DNA of 54,475 nucleotides from Candidatus Magasanikiibacteriota bacterium (GTDB lineage Bacteria > Patescibacteriota > Patescibacteriia > Magasanikbacterales > UBA922): assembly GCA_018650645.1 (NCBI GenBank), contig JABIFP010000023.1, positions 1 to 54,475 on the forward strand. The letters are read 5' to 3'. This document shows, piece after piece, positions 1 to 9,270 of the stretch. The notes below the pieces were generated by a model. The model had not been told where the DNA came from. It did not search any database and worked only from the letters and a program-made list of their open reading frames with translations. A program made the position numbers and the translations under genes. The stretch's first letter is position 1. Each line of letters starts with the position of its first letter.

Positions 1-26
1 CGGCCTCGGAGCACGAGTCTTGAACC

Positions 27-80
27 GGCGCTTCGGCGCCACCACCCGCGGTACCTCTGGTACCGCGGCTTTCTTTTTTT
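27..80 (+). terminator. GC-rich stem-loops closing a high-GC unit that begins upstream of the window (GGCGC-UUCG-GCGCC 27-40; CCGCGGTACC/GGTACCGCGG 46-68 followed by T-run 69-80)
   Basis: Read directly. A possible CDS end (frame 3, GC3-rich codons, TGA at 21-23) precedes it. Confidence 0.6.
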
Positions 81-81
81 A

Positions 82-110
82 TTGCGTATAACCCCTCTTT
101 AGGATACAAT
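82..110 (+). promoter_or_regulatory. sigma70-like promoter TTGCGT-17-TACAAT upstream of trpS
   Basis: -35 at 82-87, 17-nt spacer, -10 at 105-110. ATG at 137. Confidence 0.5.
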
Positions 111-136
111 ACCCCCACATTATTAATGATCAGCAT

Positions 137-1120
137 ATGGCAAAACCGGTGATTTTTTCAGGCATTCAGCCAACAGGGAACCTCCACATTGGAAATTATT
201 TGGGCGCGGTCAAAAATTGGATTGAACTGCAGAACTCTGGAGAATACGATTGCTATTTTTGTGTGGTAGATTACCATGCACTGACAGGAGACAGAACGGC
301 AGAAGAAAGAAGGGAGCAGATCATTCATACGGCAGCAGAACTAATTGCCGCTGGAATAGATCCAGACAAAGTGACATTTTTTGTACAGTCGCACGTGCCG
401 GCGCATACAGAACTCGGGTGGATTTTTAATTCTGTCACACCAATCGCAGAGTTAGAGCGCATGACACAGTATAAAGATAAATCGTCTCAGCAAACAAAGA
501 ATAGTAATGCAGGCCTTTTCACATACCCAACACTTATGGCAGCTGATATTTTACTCTACCATGGAAAATATGTACCTGTGGGTGAAGATCAAATTCAGCA
601 TTTAGAACTTACTCGCGACATTGCAAGGTGGTTTAACAATAAATACGAGTCGTATTTCCCAGAAACAAAGCCTCTTCTTACAGAAATTCCAAGAGTAAAG
701 TCATTACTTGAGCCAACAAAGAAAATGAGTAAGAGTAAAGGGCTTGGGCATGTTATTGAACTTGCTGATGAACCAGATGTTATTGAAAAGAAACTCAAAA
801 AAGCAGTTACAGCAACAGAAGGTGGGGGAGAAGCTCCGGGTGTAGAAAATCTGCTCATGCTACTGAAGCAATTTGGAACGGCAGCACAATATGTAGCATA
901 TACTGAGGCGCAAGAGAACGGATCTATTAGGTATGGTGATTTGAAAGCTGATCTTGGAGTTGCTATTGCTGAAAGTTTTGCAGGTTTCCGTGCTAAACGA
1001 AAAGAATTGCTAGAAAGCAAAGATGCAATTGCAGAAATTTTGATGAAAGGAGCTGCAAAAGCAAATGTTGTGGCAGAAAAAACAATTACAGAAGTAAGAA
1101 CAATCATTGGTGTACGATAA
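137..1120 (+). CDS. trpS: tryptophanyl-tRNA synthetase
   Basis: N-terminal GIQPTGNLHIGNYLG (HIGH-type motif) and KMSKS motif. Length of 327 aa is typical. Confidence 0.95.
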   Translation: MAKPVIFSGIQPTGNLHIGNYLGAVKNWIELQNSGEYDCYFCVVDYHALTGDRTAEERREQIIHTAAELIAAGIDPDKVTFFVQSHVPAHTELGWIFNSVTPIAELERMTQYKDKSSQQTKNSNAGLFTYPTLMAADILLYHGKYVPVGEDQIQHLELTRDIARWFNNKYESYFPETKPLLTEIPRVKSLLEPTKKMSKSKGLGHVIELADEPDVIEKKLKKAVTATEGGGEAPGVENLLMLLKQFGTAAQYVAYTEAQENGSIRYGDLKADLGVAIAESFAGFRAKRKELLESKDAIAEILMKGAAKANVVAEKTITEVRTIIGVR

Positions 1121-1178
1121 GTACACTTTTTGATTCGGTAAAATTGCGGTATACTGCAAGTAATATATTAATACGAGT

Positions 1179-1427
1179 ATGAAGTACGCCATAGGATTTT
1201 TCGTTATTGTCGTTGGAGTGATATTTGTGGTTAAGACAGAGTGGTTTGTAAGAAACTTTGGAACGAACGCGTGGGCAGAAGAACACATGGGAACTAGTGG
1301 AGGAACACGAATGATGTATAAATTACTTGGTATTGCCTTTATTTTCTTATCTTTAATGGGAATGACGGGCATGCTTGGCGAAATATTCTTAGGGGTATTT
1401 GGTCGTTTATTTGGAGTTCAATCATAA
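1179..1427 (+). CDS. small membrane protein (2 predicted TM helices), unknown function
   Basis: 82-aa ORF with two hydrophobic stretches. No family recognised. Confidence 0.45.
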   Translation: MKYAIGFFVIVVGVIFVVKTEWFVRNFGTNAWAEEHMGTSGGTRMMYKLLGIAFIFLSLMGMTGMLGEIFLGVFGRLFGVQS

Positions 1428-1437
1428 TATAGACTAT

Positions 1438-2862
1438 ATGAAATTGTCGCGACTATTATTAGGAATTGGTGGAATGGCTTCTTTGCTGTTACTTGCGTCT
1501 CCTGCATTAGCAGGGCCGGGTCTTTGTGCCACGGATGTGTATTATGATCATGCATATAAATCAGCAGATTCAAGTGCCGTTTATTATATTACAGAAGATT
1601 GTACAAAGCGTGTATTTAAAAACGCGAGCACATTTTTCACGTATTTTGATAGTTGGTCAGAAGTAGAAACAGTCTCGAAGGCAGCGTTAGATGGTGTAGC
1701 GACAGATGCACTCGGATTTATGCCTGCCGGACCGCAGTATGATCCACAATACGGAGCGCTTGTGAAAAGTGTCAAAGATCCAAAGGTGTATTTCTTGCTT
1801 GGCGGGAAAAAATATTGGGTTCGCTCAGAATATGATTTTAACAGACTTGGATATAAATGGGGGTGGGTAGAAGATGTTGATCAGCGACTCATTGATAAGT
1901 ATCCACTTGGAACTGAACTAAACTATTGGGAAGGACACCCAAATTATACTATTTTGAAACATGCGAATGATCCAAAAGTGTATCGATTAGAACCGCATCC
2001 GGAAGATGCTTCAAAAACAGTAAAACGACATATTAAAAATGAACGAGTGTTTAAAGATCTTGGATTTAGAATGGATAGGATTGTAGAAATTAACGAATGT
2101 GATTGGAGTGATTATGATTGTGTACGGATTAAAGATTCCTTAAGCAGCGTATCAGAAGGGGATGTCATTAATCGCGCATCAGACGCAAGAACGCCTGCGC
2201 AGGAAGTAACTCTTGTGCCACAAACAAGTAGCATTGATGGGTTTACTCAGTACGAGGAACCTGTATATGACTTTGAATATATCTTGCCAGACAATTGGCT
2301 TGATCCGACTGATTATACGTATGGGTCTGGTGATTCAGAAGTATTTTCTCTTACTTCCTATACATCAGACTATAGAGCTAAGTTCACTGCGGGTGTAACG
2401 AAAAATCAGTTAACACTTGATCCAGAATTACGAAGAGAACTACTCCTTTTGACATTTGATGTGGATTACGGAAGCATGACTGAAGCTGAAATTGAAAAAC
2501 ACTTCAAGAAAATTGAAAAACGACTTCTAGAAATTTATGAGGTAGACACGCTTGAAGATATGGAAGAAGAAGATGCCGAGGCAATTTCTAATGTACTCAT
2601 GTCAGTTGGATTGTTTCAAATTTTCCTTGGATCAGGAGAGCGGGAAGTGACATTTGATACGTTTGCAGGATACAGAGATATCTTCCACCTCAGTATGACA
2701 ACAGATGCAACTGAGTACAGCAAAGCGAAACAACATGATATGTACATCATGTTTATGGGAAGCAAACTCTATAGTTTCTCAACATCATATGATACTGATG
2801 CTTCAGAAGATGTAAAGGATGATATCGCGACTATCCTGAAGAACATCGAAATCATAAAATAG
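1438..2862 (+). CDS. secreted hypothetical protein with two copies of a PKVY...LG(Y/F) domain
   Basis: ATG at 1438 gives signal-peptide-like MKLSRLLLGIGGMASLLLLASPALA. The ORF track start at 1399 is probably too early. The domain is shared with the C-terminus of 36305..39145. Confidence 0.8.
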   Translation: MKLSRLLLGIGGMASLLLLASPALAGPGLCATDVYYDHAYKSADSSAVYYITEDCTKRVFKNASTFFTYFDSWSEVETVSKAALDGVATDALGFMPAGPQYDPQYGALVKSVKDPKVYFLLGGKKYWVRSEYDFNRLGYKWGWVEDVDQRLIDKYPLGTELNYWEGHPNYTILKHANDPKVYRLEPHPEDASKTVKRHIKNERVFKDLGFRMDRIVEINECDWSDYDCVRIKDSLSSVSEGDVINRASDARTPAQEVTLVPQTSSIDGFTQYEEPVYDFEYILPDNWLDPTDYTYGSGDSEVFSLTSYTSDYRAKFTAGVTKNQLTLDPELRRELLLLTFDVDYGSMTEAEIEKHFKKIEKRLLEIYEVDTLEDMEEEDAEAISNVLMSVGLFQIFLGSGEREVTFDTFAGYRDIFHLSMTTDATEYSKAKQHDMYIMFMGSKLYSFSTSYDTDASEDVKDDIATILKNIEIIK

Positions 2863-2865
2863 ATT

Positions 2866-3423
2866 ATGACCTACCACTCCGGGAATCAACTTATCAATCC
2901 GCAGGTGCTCTTTGAAAAAGCGCACCTGCGTCCTGGTGCCCATGTGGCAGATTTTGGGTGTGGTCAGACCGGACATTTAGTATTTCCAGCATCAAAGATC
3001 ATAGGAGAAAAAGGCGTGATTTATGCGGTAGATATTTTGCGTGATATATTAGCGCAGATAGACAAGCGGGCAAAAGATGCAGGCATGGTCAACATGCATG
3101 CAGTGTGGTCAAATATTGAAATGGTTGGCGGTACGGCAATTCCAGAAAAATCTCTTGATACCATATTCATGGTAAGTGTATTATCGTATTGCGATAAACA
3201 AGAAGAGGTGTTGAAAGAATCTGCACGGCTACTTAAAGATAAAGGGAGAATTGTATTAGTCGATTGGCAAAAAAAAGGTATTCCACTCGGTCCAGGAGAC
3301 GATAAACTCCTTGATTTTTCTGCAGTGACACAGTGGGCAACGGCTAATGGGTTTGCATTGCAAGAAGAATTTGACCACGGCCCCTATCACCACGGGGTAG
3401 TCTTATTTAAACATGGGACGTAA
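2866..3423 (+). CDS. class I SAM-dependent methyltransferase
   Basis: Motif I-like VADFGCGQTGH, followed by an acidic residue (YAVDI) and VLVDW. Confidence 0.8.
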   Translation: MTYHSGNQLINPQVLFEKAHLRPGAHVADFGCGQTGHLVFPASKIIGEKGVIYAVDILRDILAQIDKRAKDAGMVNMHAVWSNIEMVGGTAIPEKSLDTIFMVSVLSYCDKQEEVLKESARLLKDKGRIVLVDWQKKGIPLGPGDDKLLDFSAVTQWATANGFALQEEFDHGPYHHGVVLFKHGT

Positions 3424-3802
3424 TACTCGTGGGGAGTATAACAAACGATTTGGAAACTGGGGCGAGCGGCAAGCGGCCCTTTTTCTTTTGGAAAAAGGAT
3501 ATCGAATGGTAGAAAAAAATGCGTATATGCGATTTGGAGAAATCGATATTATTGCTATTGATGAATCAGAGGAGCAAATAGTATTGGTATTTATTGAAGT
3601 AAAAACCAGAAGAGGAGTACCAAACGGTATGGCAGAGCGTGCAACAGGATATAGAAAACAAAAAAACATGAAACGAGCTGCTCTGAAATTTTGTCTGCAG
3701 CGAAAGATATCAATTGAAACCACACCCATGCGCTTTGAGCAGATCAGCATCTATGTGATAGAGAGGCATATAGATATTCGGCATTATATTTTGCCAATAT
3801 AG
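3413..3802 (+). CDS. YraN-family (UPF0102) endonuclease-like protein
   Basis: GERQAALFLLEKGY...GEIDIIA...VFIEVKTRR pattern typical of YraN. Overlaps the upstream gene by 11 nt. Confidence 0.8.
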   Translation: MGRNTRGEYNKRFGNWGERQAALFLLEKGYRMVEKNAYMRFGEIDIIAIDESEEQIVLVFIEVKTRRGVPNGMAERATGYRKQKNMKRAALKFCLQRKISIETTPMRFEQISIYVIERHIDIRHYILPI

Positions 3803-3816
3803 TATTAGGACTACTC

Positions 3817-3907
3817 GCTGTCATCCTGAGTAACCTGGCCAACGGCCGGGCATCGAAGGATCCTTCAACGCCTCAACCTATTGGTTGCAGTTGTTCAGGA
3901 TGACAGC
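3817..3907. repeat. 91-bp palindromic element: 13-bp perfect closing stem enclosing three small hairpins (four-way junction)
   Basis: GCTGTCATCCTGA (3817-3829) pairs with TCAGGATGACAGC (3895-3907). Inner hairpins are CTGGCC/GGCCGG, GAAGGATCCTTC and CAACC-TATT-GGTTG. Confidence 0.6.
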
Positions 3908-3915
3908 TAGGGGTA

Positions 3916-3944
3916 TTGACAAATAGCCAAATGGATGCTATAGT
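3916..3944 (+). promoter_or_regulatory. sigma70-like promoter TTGACA-17-TATAGT upstream of nusA
   Basis: Consensus -35 at 3916-3921 and -10 at 3939-3944. Confidence 0.6.
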
Positions 3945-4019
3945 AATTATTGTAAAGGTAGCATAGTTTAAATGCTGCTTTTTTCTTAGCCAAATTTTAA
4001 CTAGACATAACACAAATAT

Positions 4020-5417
4020 ATGTCAGAAATTAGTAAATCGATTCAAAACCTTTGTGACATGAAGGGCCTTGATTATGAGATTGTCATTGAAGCTGTGGAA
4101 TCTGCACTTGGAGCAGCCTACCGCAAGGATTTTGGACACAAACAAATGAATATCAAAACAAAATTTGATACAGAAACAGGAGACATGCAAATGTGGGATG
4201 TAAAAGAAGTAGTTGAAGATATTGCAGAAGAAGAGCTTGAAACTGCGCAAGAAGAACTCGCTACTCGAAGAGAAAAAGCATTAGAAGAGGAGCGTGAACT
4301 TACTGATGAAGAAATTGAAGACTTGCCAAAATATAATCCAAAAACAGAAATCATGTTTGCTGCAGCAAAAGAAGTGAAAAAGGATGCAGCAATTGGTGAT
4401 GTACTAGAAATTGAATTAGATATTCCAGGAGATTTTGGACGAATGGCAGCACAAACTGCAAAGCAAGTGATTATCCAAAAAGTACGAGAAGCAGAACGCA
4501 ACAATGTGTTTGAAGATTTTCAAGGACAGGAAGGATCTGTTATTCAAGCAGTCGTGCACAGACGCGACAAATCTGGAAAGGTGCTTGTAGATCTTGGAAA
4601 AATTACGGGTGTATTGCATACTGATCAGCAAAGTCCAAGAGATCGTTACCGCCCGGGAACACGCATGCGTTTTTACATCATGAGTGTAGAAATGACGCAG
4701 CGCGGACCAGATATTATTCTTTCAAGAACACACACAGACATGGTGCGTTCAGTATTTGAACAAGAAATTCCAGAAATTGCGAGTGGAGAAGTAGAGATTA
4801 AGGGAATTGCTCGCGACGCGGGTGCACGAAGCAAAGTTGCTGTATTTACAGATGATGAATCGATTGATCCAATTGGAAGTTGTATTGGACAACGCGGAAG
4901 CAGAATCACGACTATTATTGATGAACTCGATGGAGAAAAAGTTGATATCATTCAATACTCTGATGATGCACAAGCATATATTAAAGAAGCACTTTCACCA
5001 GCCAAGGTTGATAAGGTAGAGCTTGAAGAAGAAACTAAAACTGCAAATGTTCATGTTGTTGAAGATCAGTTCTCTTTGGCAATTGGACGAGGAGGTCAAA
5101 ATGTTCGTCTTGCTGCACAGCTTACTGGTTGGGAAATCAATGTGTTACAACTTGATGATCCAGATAAAGTTGTCAGTTCAGAAGATGGGGAAGAAGCGGT
5201 AGAAGAAGTTTTGACAGAAACAGATTCAGCAGAGGAAGCTACTACTGACGTTCCTGCGGAAGAAGTTGAAGCAACAGAGGAAACTGTTACTGAAGCTCCG
5301 GTAGAAGTTGCGGAAGAACCCCCAGCTGAAGAAACTCCAGTAGAGGAGTCAGCTGAAACACCAGAAGAAGAACCTGCAGAAGATAAAGAAGAAAAAAAAG
5401 AAGAAGCTGCTGAGTAA
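4020..5417 (+). CDS. nusA: transcription termination/antitermination factor NusA with E/P/A/T-rich acidic C-terminal tail
   Basis: NusA N-domain, S1 and KH regions (GRGGQNVRLAAQLTGWEI). The last ~90 aa are low-complexity acidic. Confidence 0.93.
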   Translation: MSEISKSIQNLCDMKGLDYEIVIEAVESALGAAYRKDFGHKQMNIKTKFDTETGDMQMWDVKEVVEDIAEEELETAQEELATRREKALEEERELTDEEIEDLPKYNPKTEIMFAAAKEVKKDAAIGDVLEIELDIPGDFGRMAAQTAKQVIIQKVREAERNNVFEDFQGQEGSVIQAVVHRRDKSGKVLVDLGKITGVLHTDQQSPRDRYRPGTRMRFYIMSVEMTQRGPDIILSRTHTDMVRSVFEQEIPEIASGEVEIKGIARDAGARSKVAVFTDDESIDPIGSCIGQRGSRITTIIDELDGEKVDIIQYSDDAQAYIKEALSPAKVDKVELEEETKTANVHVVEDQFSLAIGRGGQNVRLAAQLTGWEINVLQLDDPDKVVSSEDGEEAVEEVLTETDSAEEATTDVPAEEVEATEETVTEAPVEVAEEPPAEETPVEESAETPEEEPAEDKEEKKEEAAE

Positions 5418-5426
5418 TATCAGTAA

Positions 5427-5462
5427 TAAAAAAGACATCGCATGTGCGATGTCTTTTTTTTG
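5427..5462. terminator. bidirectional intrinsic terminator between nusA and the convergent minus-strand gene
   Basis: A-run, GACATCGCA/TGCGATGTC stem, T-run. Confidence 0.8.
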
Positions 5463-5840
5463 TTACCGAGCTTGTTGGTCAGCTATTCGTTTTTGAAATT
5501 TTTTCACATCGTGTAATCCCCAGAGGTAGAGGAGGAATAGAATTGGAGCCTTTCCTCCGGCTAGTACCCCAAGTGCCACGTAAGCAATAGTCACATACCA
5601 TGCATATTGTGCAGTCTGATTGCTGGTAGCAGGATTTCGACGGATAGAAATGGCTAGATAAAGGAACACGAGACTAAAAATGATGAGGATAATACCAATA
5701 AGAGGCATCATGGAAGTGATAGAAATTGACATGATCAGCATCAGTATTCCTAAGAAGATGCCCATACTTCCAACAGTTTTAATTTGTTTTTTCATTTTTT
5801 CAGGATCAGTTATGATCCCAGGTTTAGGCTGCTCTTCCAT
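5463..5840 (-). CDS. integral membrane protein, unknown function
   Basis: 125-aa ORF with several hydrophobic helices. Confidence 0.6.
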   Translation of the reverse strand: MEEQPKPGIITDPEKMKKQIKTVGSMGIFLGILMLIMSISITSMMPLIGIILIIFSLVFLYLAISIRRNPATSNQTAQYAWYVTIAYVALGVLAGGKAPILFLLYLWGLHDVKKFQKRIADQQAR

Positions 5841-5845
5841 ATAAA

Positions 5846-6235
5846 CTAAATGTCAGTAAATAATTCATGAATATTTCCATCGGGGTCAGCAAAAAAAGCT
5901 GCTCGCTGTCCCCATGGCATATCTGCTGGGGGAGTAATTGGCGTTGCTCCTTTTTCTACAATTTCTGCATACGTAGTATCTACTGCCGCGGCTGTATCTT
6001 CTTTAAACGCGAGTTCAAGTCGCTGCCCAGTTGCTGGTTTTGTATATGATTTGTGCGAAGTGACTTCATGCATGACCGCATTTGTGCTAATGGCAAAGCG
6101 TACACCGGTTTGTTCAAATTCCACGTAATTTGGCATTTCAAGTTTAACCTGAAAGCCAAGAACGTCTGTGTAAAATGTTTTCATCGTTTCGAATTGATCG
6201 GTAATAATACCAATCATATTGATTTGGGCTTGCAT
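5846..6235 (-). CDS. VOC/glyoxalase-family protein
   Basis: 129 aa. FYTDVLGF...E...PWGQRAAFFADPDGNIHEL is typical of the glyoxalase/bleomycin-resistance fold. Confidence 0.8.
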   Translation of the reverse strand: MQAQINMIGIITDQFETMKTFYTDVLGFQVKLEMPNYVEFEQTGVRFAISTNAVMHEVTSHKSYTKPATGQRLELAFKEDTAAAVDTTYAEIVEKGATPITPPADMPWGQRAAFFADPDGNIHELFTDI

Positions 6236-6236
6236 A

Positions 6237-6800
6237 TTAATCGAGTGTTAAAATAGCTTCCTCAAATACATAAATAATATTTGTGTCTAAATATGTTTTA
6301 ACCAGTGTATCTGCTGTAGGGTAGGTGTGTCCGTGCAAAAAGTACTTTGGTGATTTGTATTCAATATATTCTCTGAGGCCGAGTAGTCCTTTATGAGAAG
6401 AACTATCTGGTTCGTCATTAATATCTTGTGGCGGGGAATGTGCCAGCATAATATCTACATGCGGAAAGTCTTTTAGCATTTCTCTTGCTTCTTCTTGCGT
6501 ATACATTATTGCATACTTGGATTCTTTGTAGCGGAGAGATCCTTCAAACCCACCAAATGTCATGCCTTTGTATTCAAACGTGTTGAGGTGCATGTTGGTA
6601 ATCCCAAGCTGATCAAAATAATTACCAGAACAGTGATTTCCATACACGCCAAGTTTTGGAATGTCAGTGATTTGCTGTAACTCTTGCAATGCAAAAAAAT
6701 CTAAGTCGCCAAGTGTGCAAATAATATCGATTGGCTGCGTCCGTACAATTTCTAAAATAGATTGTTTTGGTGCTCTGTCTGCAATTGCAAGTATATTCAT
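6237..6800 (-). CDS. metallophosphoesterase (calcineurin-like)
   Basis: GDLD, GNHC and HGHTY motifs. The ATG at 6800 is preferred over the GTG at 6815 because it avoids overlap with the upstream gene. Confidence 0.75.
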   Translation of the reverse strand: MNILAIADRAPKQSILEIVRTQPIDIICTLGDLDFFALQELQQITDIPKLGVYGNHCSGNYFDQLGITNMHLNTFEYKGMTFGGFEGSLRYKESKYAIMYTQEEAREMLKDFPHVDIMLAHSPPQDINDEPDSSSHKGLLGLREYIEYKSPKYFLHGHTYPTADTLVKTYLDTNIIYVFEEAILTLD

Positions 6801-6801
6801 A

Positions 6802-7176
6802 TTACACCCAACCACGTTCTTTATATAACGCGTATCCTTTTTTTAATGCATGCGCGATTTGTTTTTCTAGTGTTGCATCGAGTTTTTTGATATGAAAACA
6901 AGATTTGCCTTTAAGAAGGGCAAGAAGTTCTTTCCCAAATACATCTTTCAGTGAGGTGTCTGCATATATGGGCATAAAGTAAAAGCCCACATAGCTGCTC
7001 TGAATGATCAGACCCGCAAAATAGACTTCTTTGCGTTTACGGCCATCTATTTCAATATCTTTCACTGACCACAAATCATATTTGCTATCTAAGTCAAACT
7101 TGGGCGTAAGACCCCCCTCATACGCCTTCAGAAGCGTTTTAACGCGTTTATAGATTGGTACTAATGTATCTTGCAT
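6802..7176 (-). CDS. small DUF1801-like protein (tentative)
   Basis: 124-aa ORF, tightly coupled to the downstream gene. Family assignment is by eye only. Confidence 0.55.
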   Translation of the reverse strand: MQDTLVPIYKRVKTLLKAYEGGLTPKFDLDSKYDLWSVKDIEIDGRKRKEVYFAGLIIQSSYVGFYFMPIYADTSLKDVFGKELLALLKGKSCFHIKKLDATLEKQIAHALKKGYALYKERGWV

Positions 7177-7214
7177 ATGCTCTCATCATATCGCATAGCG
7201 CGGGGGAGTGCAAT

Positions 7215-7241
7215 CAAAAAATCGCCTGCTGGCGATTTTTT
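7215..7241. terminator. bidirectional intrinsic terminator
   Basis: AAAAAATCGCC-TGCT-GGCGATTTTTT, overlapping the stop codon of 7240..8382. Confidence 0.75.
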
Positions 7242-8382
7242 ACTCTACTGGGTTTTTGATGGCATCGACTATCCGTTCTCTGGCTTGTTCTAGCGAAACG
7301 CCTTTAAGCGTTACGGATGCTTGCTGCGAATTTCCATATCCACCGAGTGGCGACAGAATCTCTTTTGCATTGAACATTTTTTCTACATGCAAAATGGCGT
7401 GTACTTGGTTATGTTCTGGCGTAACATGTTCATGTAGGAGTAGGGTAAGCTGCGCTTCCGGAGAATTGGCAATAAGTTCTTCAATAATATCGTAGAGTTG
7501 CTGCTCATCTGCACCAGATGTGGCAAAATCTTTTTGCGTAATGGCAGTGCTGACTAATCCAATCGATTCGTCAAAGCTTAAGTGTGCAAGTGCTTGGCCC
7601 CAAAGTCGCAATGTAGAAAGTGATTTTGTTTGATAGAGTTGTTTGATAATAAAATCTCTATCTGCTCCCATGCTTACCAATTTACTTGCAAGCGCGAGTG
7701 AATGTGGTTTAATGTGTTCTTTTTTGAAACTATTTGTTGCCGCAATCATTCCGGTAAGGAGTGCTGTCGCAATTTTTTTATTCATGGTACGCGCAGAAGT
7801 GTTGATCATCATGTTGGTAACAACTTCAGCGGTAGAACTGGCTGTAAGGTCAACAAGGTTTACTGTTCCGTAGTGATCGTTTTTAATATCCTGATCAATA
7901 TTAATGACCGGCACATCAAAAAAGAGATTTGCATTTTGTTCATACAGTGGCCCGAGTTCTTCCAAATCGTGTGCACCAAGTGTTACCACCAAATCGTATC
8001 TAAAATCAGATTGAGATGTTGCCACATGTTGGCGGGTCAAGAATCCACTTTCAGGTGTCACATAAATTTGCAGCTTCTGATCCTTTACATCATAGCTGAG
8101 TTCTTGCAGTCCGGCATCTTTCACATCGATAGAAATAAGGAGCTGCTGCAAATGCGGTACTTTTGGAGTAACGTGCTCCGCTCCATCAAGAAAGGCAAAT
8201 TTTTGTGGCACCACAAAATCATGCGATGCAATATCGATTTGCTTTCCTTGTTGTTCAAGCCATTCTTTTAATGCCAGTGCACTTCCAAGAGCATCGCCCT
8301 TATCATTTTTGGCAAACGCAATAAGCACGTGTTTAGACGAATCAAAAAGATGCTTGAGCTGTTGTTTCTCTGTTCTTGCCAT
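7240..8382 (-). CDS. DHH-family phosphoesterase (NrnA-like)
   Basis: NDKGDALGS motif I and DHHA1-like C-terminus. The position where I expect the DHH triad reads IDQDIKNDHYG (by eye; needs an alignment). Confidence 0.75.
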   Translation of the reverse strand: MARTEKQQLKHLFDSSKHVLIAFAKNDKGDALGSALALKEWLEQQGKQIDIASHDFVVPQKFAFLDGAEHVTPKVPHLQQLLISIDVKDAGLQELSYDVKDQKLQIYVTPESGFLTRQHVATSQSDFRYDLVVTLGAHDLEELGPLYEQNANLFFDVPVINIDQDIKNDHYGTVNLVDLTASSTAEVVTNMMINTSARTMNKKIATALLTGMIAATNSFKKEHIKPHSLALASKLVSMGADRDFIIKQLYQTKSLSTLRLWGQALAHLSFDESIGLVSTAITQKDFATSGADEQQLYDIIEELIANSPEAQLTLLLHEHVTPEHNQVHAILHVEKMFNAKEILSPLGGYGNSQQASVTLKGVSLEQARERIVDAIKNPVE

Positions 8383-8434
8383 AGCTTTTCATTGGACATT
8401 ACTCGTCTCTGTGCTATCAGTAATGTAGCATAGA

Positions 8435-8463
8435 ATAATAGCAGAAATCGATTTTGTTGTCAA
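8435..8463 (-). promoter_or_regulatory. sigma70-like promoter TTGACA-17-TATTAT for the DHH gene
   Basis: Reverse complement of 8435-8463. Confidence 0.5.
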
Positions 8464-8546
8464 CCTAGCGAAAAAAATGGGTTTTGTGGATATTCTTAGA
8501 TATATGAAAAAAGGGCTTATTTTAGCGAAATAGGTGGTGTAGTGGG

Positions 8547-8575
8547 TTGACAAAAGAGGTTTTTTGTGGTATAGT
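8547..8575 (+). promoter_or_regulatory. strong sigma70-like promoter TTGACA-17-TATAGT with TGn extension, pointing into high-GC cassette 1
   Basis: -35 at 8547-8552, TG at 8567-8568, -10 at 8570-8575. The sequence is AT-rich and host-like. Confidence 0.6.
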
Positions 8576-8663
8576 GTGGCGTTATGTTTTGCGATGTATG
8601 ATTCGTTTAGCGAGTTATACACTGCAACGCATACCTTGGAATATGTCCTTGGTGTGAATAGCA

Positions 8664-9270
8664 ACGGGCTGTGGGGCCCTGAATAAATCTAAATCCCACT
8701 GAGAGGCCTAACCATGGCCACCGTTAACCCCGTTCAGGCCGCCTTTGCGCTGGATCTCTGGTTCTGGGGGGAGGACTTCGTTTCGATCCCCAAGGGCGTG
8801 ACCTTCGATATGGTCGTGATGGGGAAGGCTCATCTTCCGGGCAACTGGGAGAGGGGTGATGACGAGGTCCTCGGAGAGACCTTCCGGATCGAGCTCGAGG
8901 GTGGGCTGCACCTCTGCGTGTCGGAGGGGCAGTTCTGGCTCGGCCTGAGCCACCCCGAGGTCAACGAGGGGAAGCCCTTTTTCTCCTGGCGCTACAGGCC
9001 GGGGATGCAGACCGAGCACTCCGTTGAGGTGTTGGGGCAACAGGGATCGACTCGGGAGCAGAAGGTGCGTGCTCGAGCCCAGCGCCATGCGCGGCTCATC
9101 AACGCGCTCATGCAGCTTACCGAGGCTTCTCTGCGCCTCAGCTCCTTTTTCTAGCCGCGCGCAACGCGCGGAAGTCGTCCAGCTCACCCGAGCCGGGCGC
9201 CTGCAGAAGTTCCAACTCTGTAGACCTGCGAGCGACTAGAGTACCACTCGGTATTCGTCGCTCGCACATT
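8664..9270 (+). other. high-GC cassette 1 (approximate bounds)
   Basis: Abrupt composition step. Hand counts give 57% and 63% GC on lines 8761 and 8821, versus 35% on line 4021. Confidence 0.7.
8714..9154 (+). CDS. hypothetical Trp-rich protein (146 aa) encoded in high-GC cassette 1
   Basis: About 85% G/C at third codon positions by hand tally, versus about 65% for the antisense ORF. GAGAGG lies 7 nt upstream of the ATG. No family recognised. Confidence 0.75.
   Translation: MATVNPVQAAFALDLWFWGEDFVSIPKGVTFDMVVMGKAHLPGNWERGDDEVLGETFRIELEGGLHLCVSEGQFWLGLSHPEVNEGKPFFSWRYRPGMQTEHSVEVLGQQGSTREQKVRARAQRHARLINALMQLTEASLRLSSFF

Noticed and set aside
17-30. Shared 9-mer TTGAACCGG between the window start (20-28) and the GC-rich filler after tRNA-Leu (21262-21270), hinting at related elements
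   Set aside because: A single 9-mer match is expected by chance at about the once-per-window level, and the flanks do not align.
595-1372. Antisense or overlapping ORFs within host genes (e.g. 595..1107 -, 4118..4504 -, 34231..34803 -, 34924..35487 -, 7702..8271 +)
   Set aside because: They lie opposite well-supported conserved genes and give low-complexity S/F/L/I-rich translations typical of antisense frames.
8708-9187. 159-aa antisense ORF (and 9024..9239 +) overlapping the cassette 1 gene
   Set aside because: High GC suppresses stop codons on all frames. The + frame 8714..9154 has clearly higher third-position G/C (about 85% versus about 65% by hand tally) and an upstream SD-like GAGAGG.
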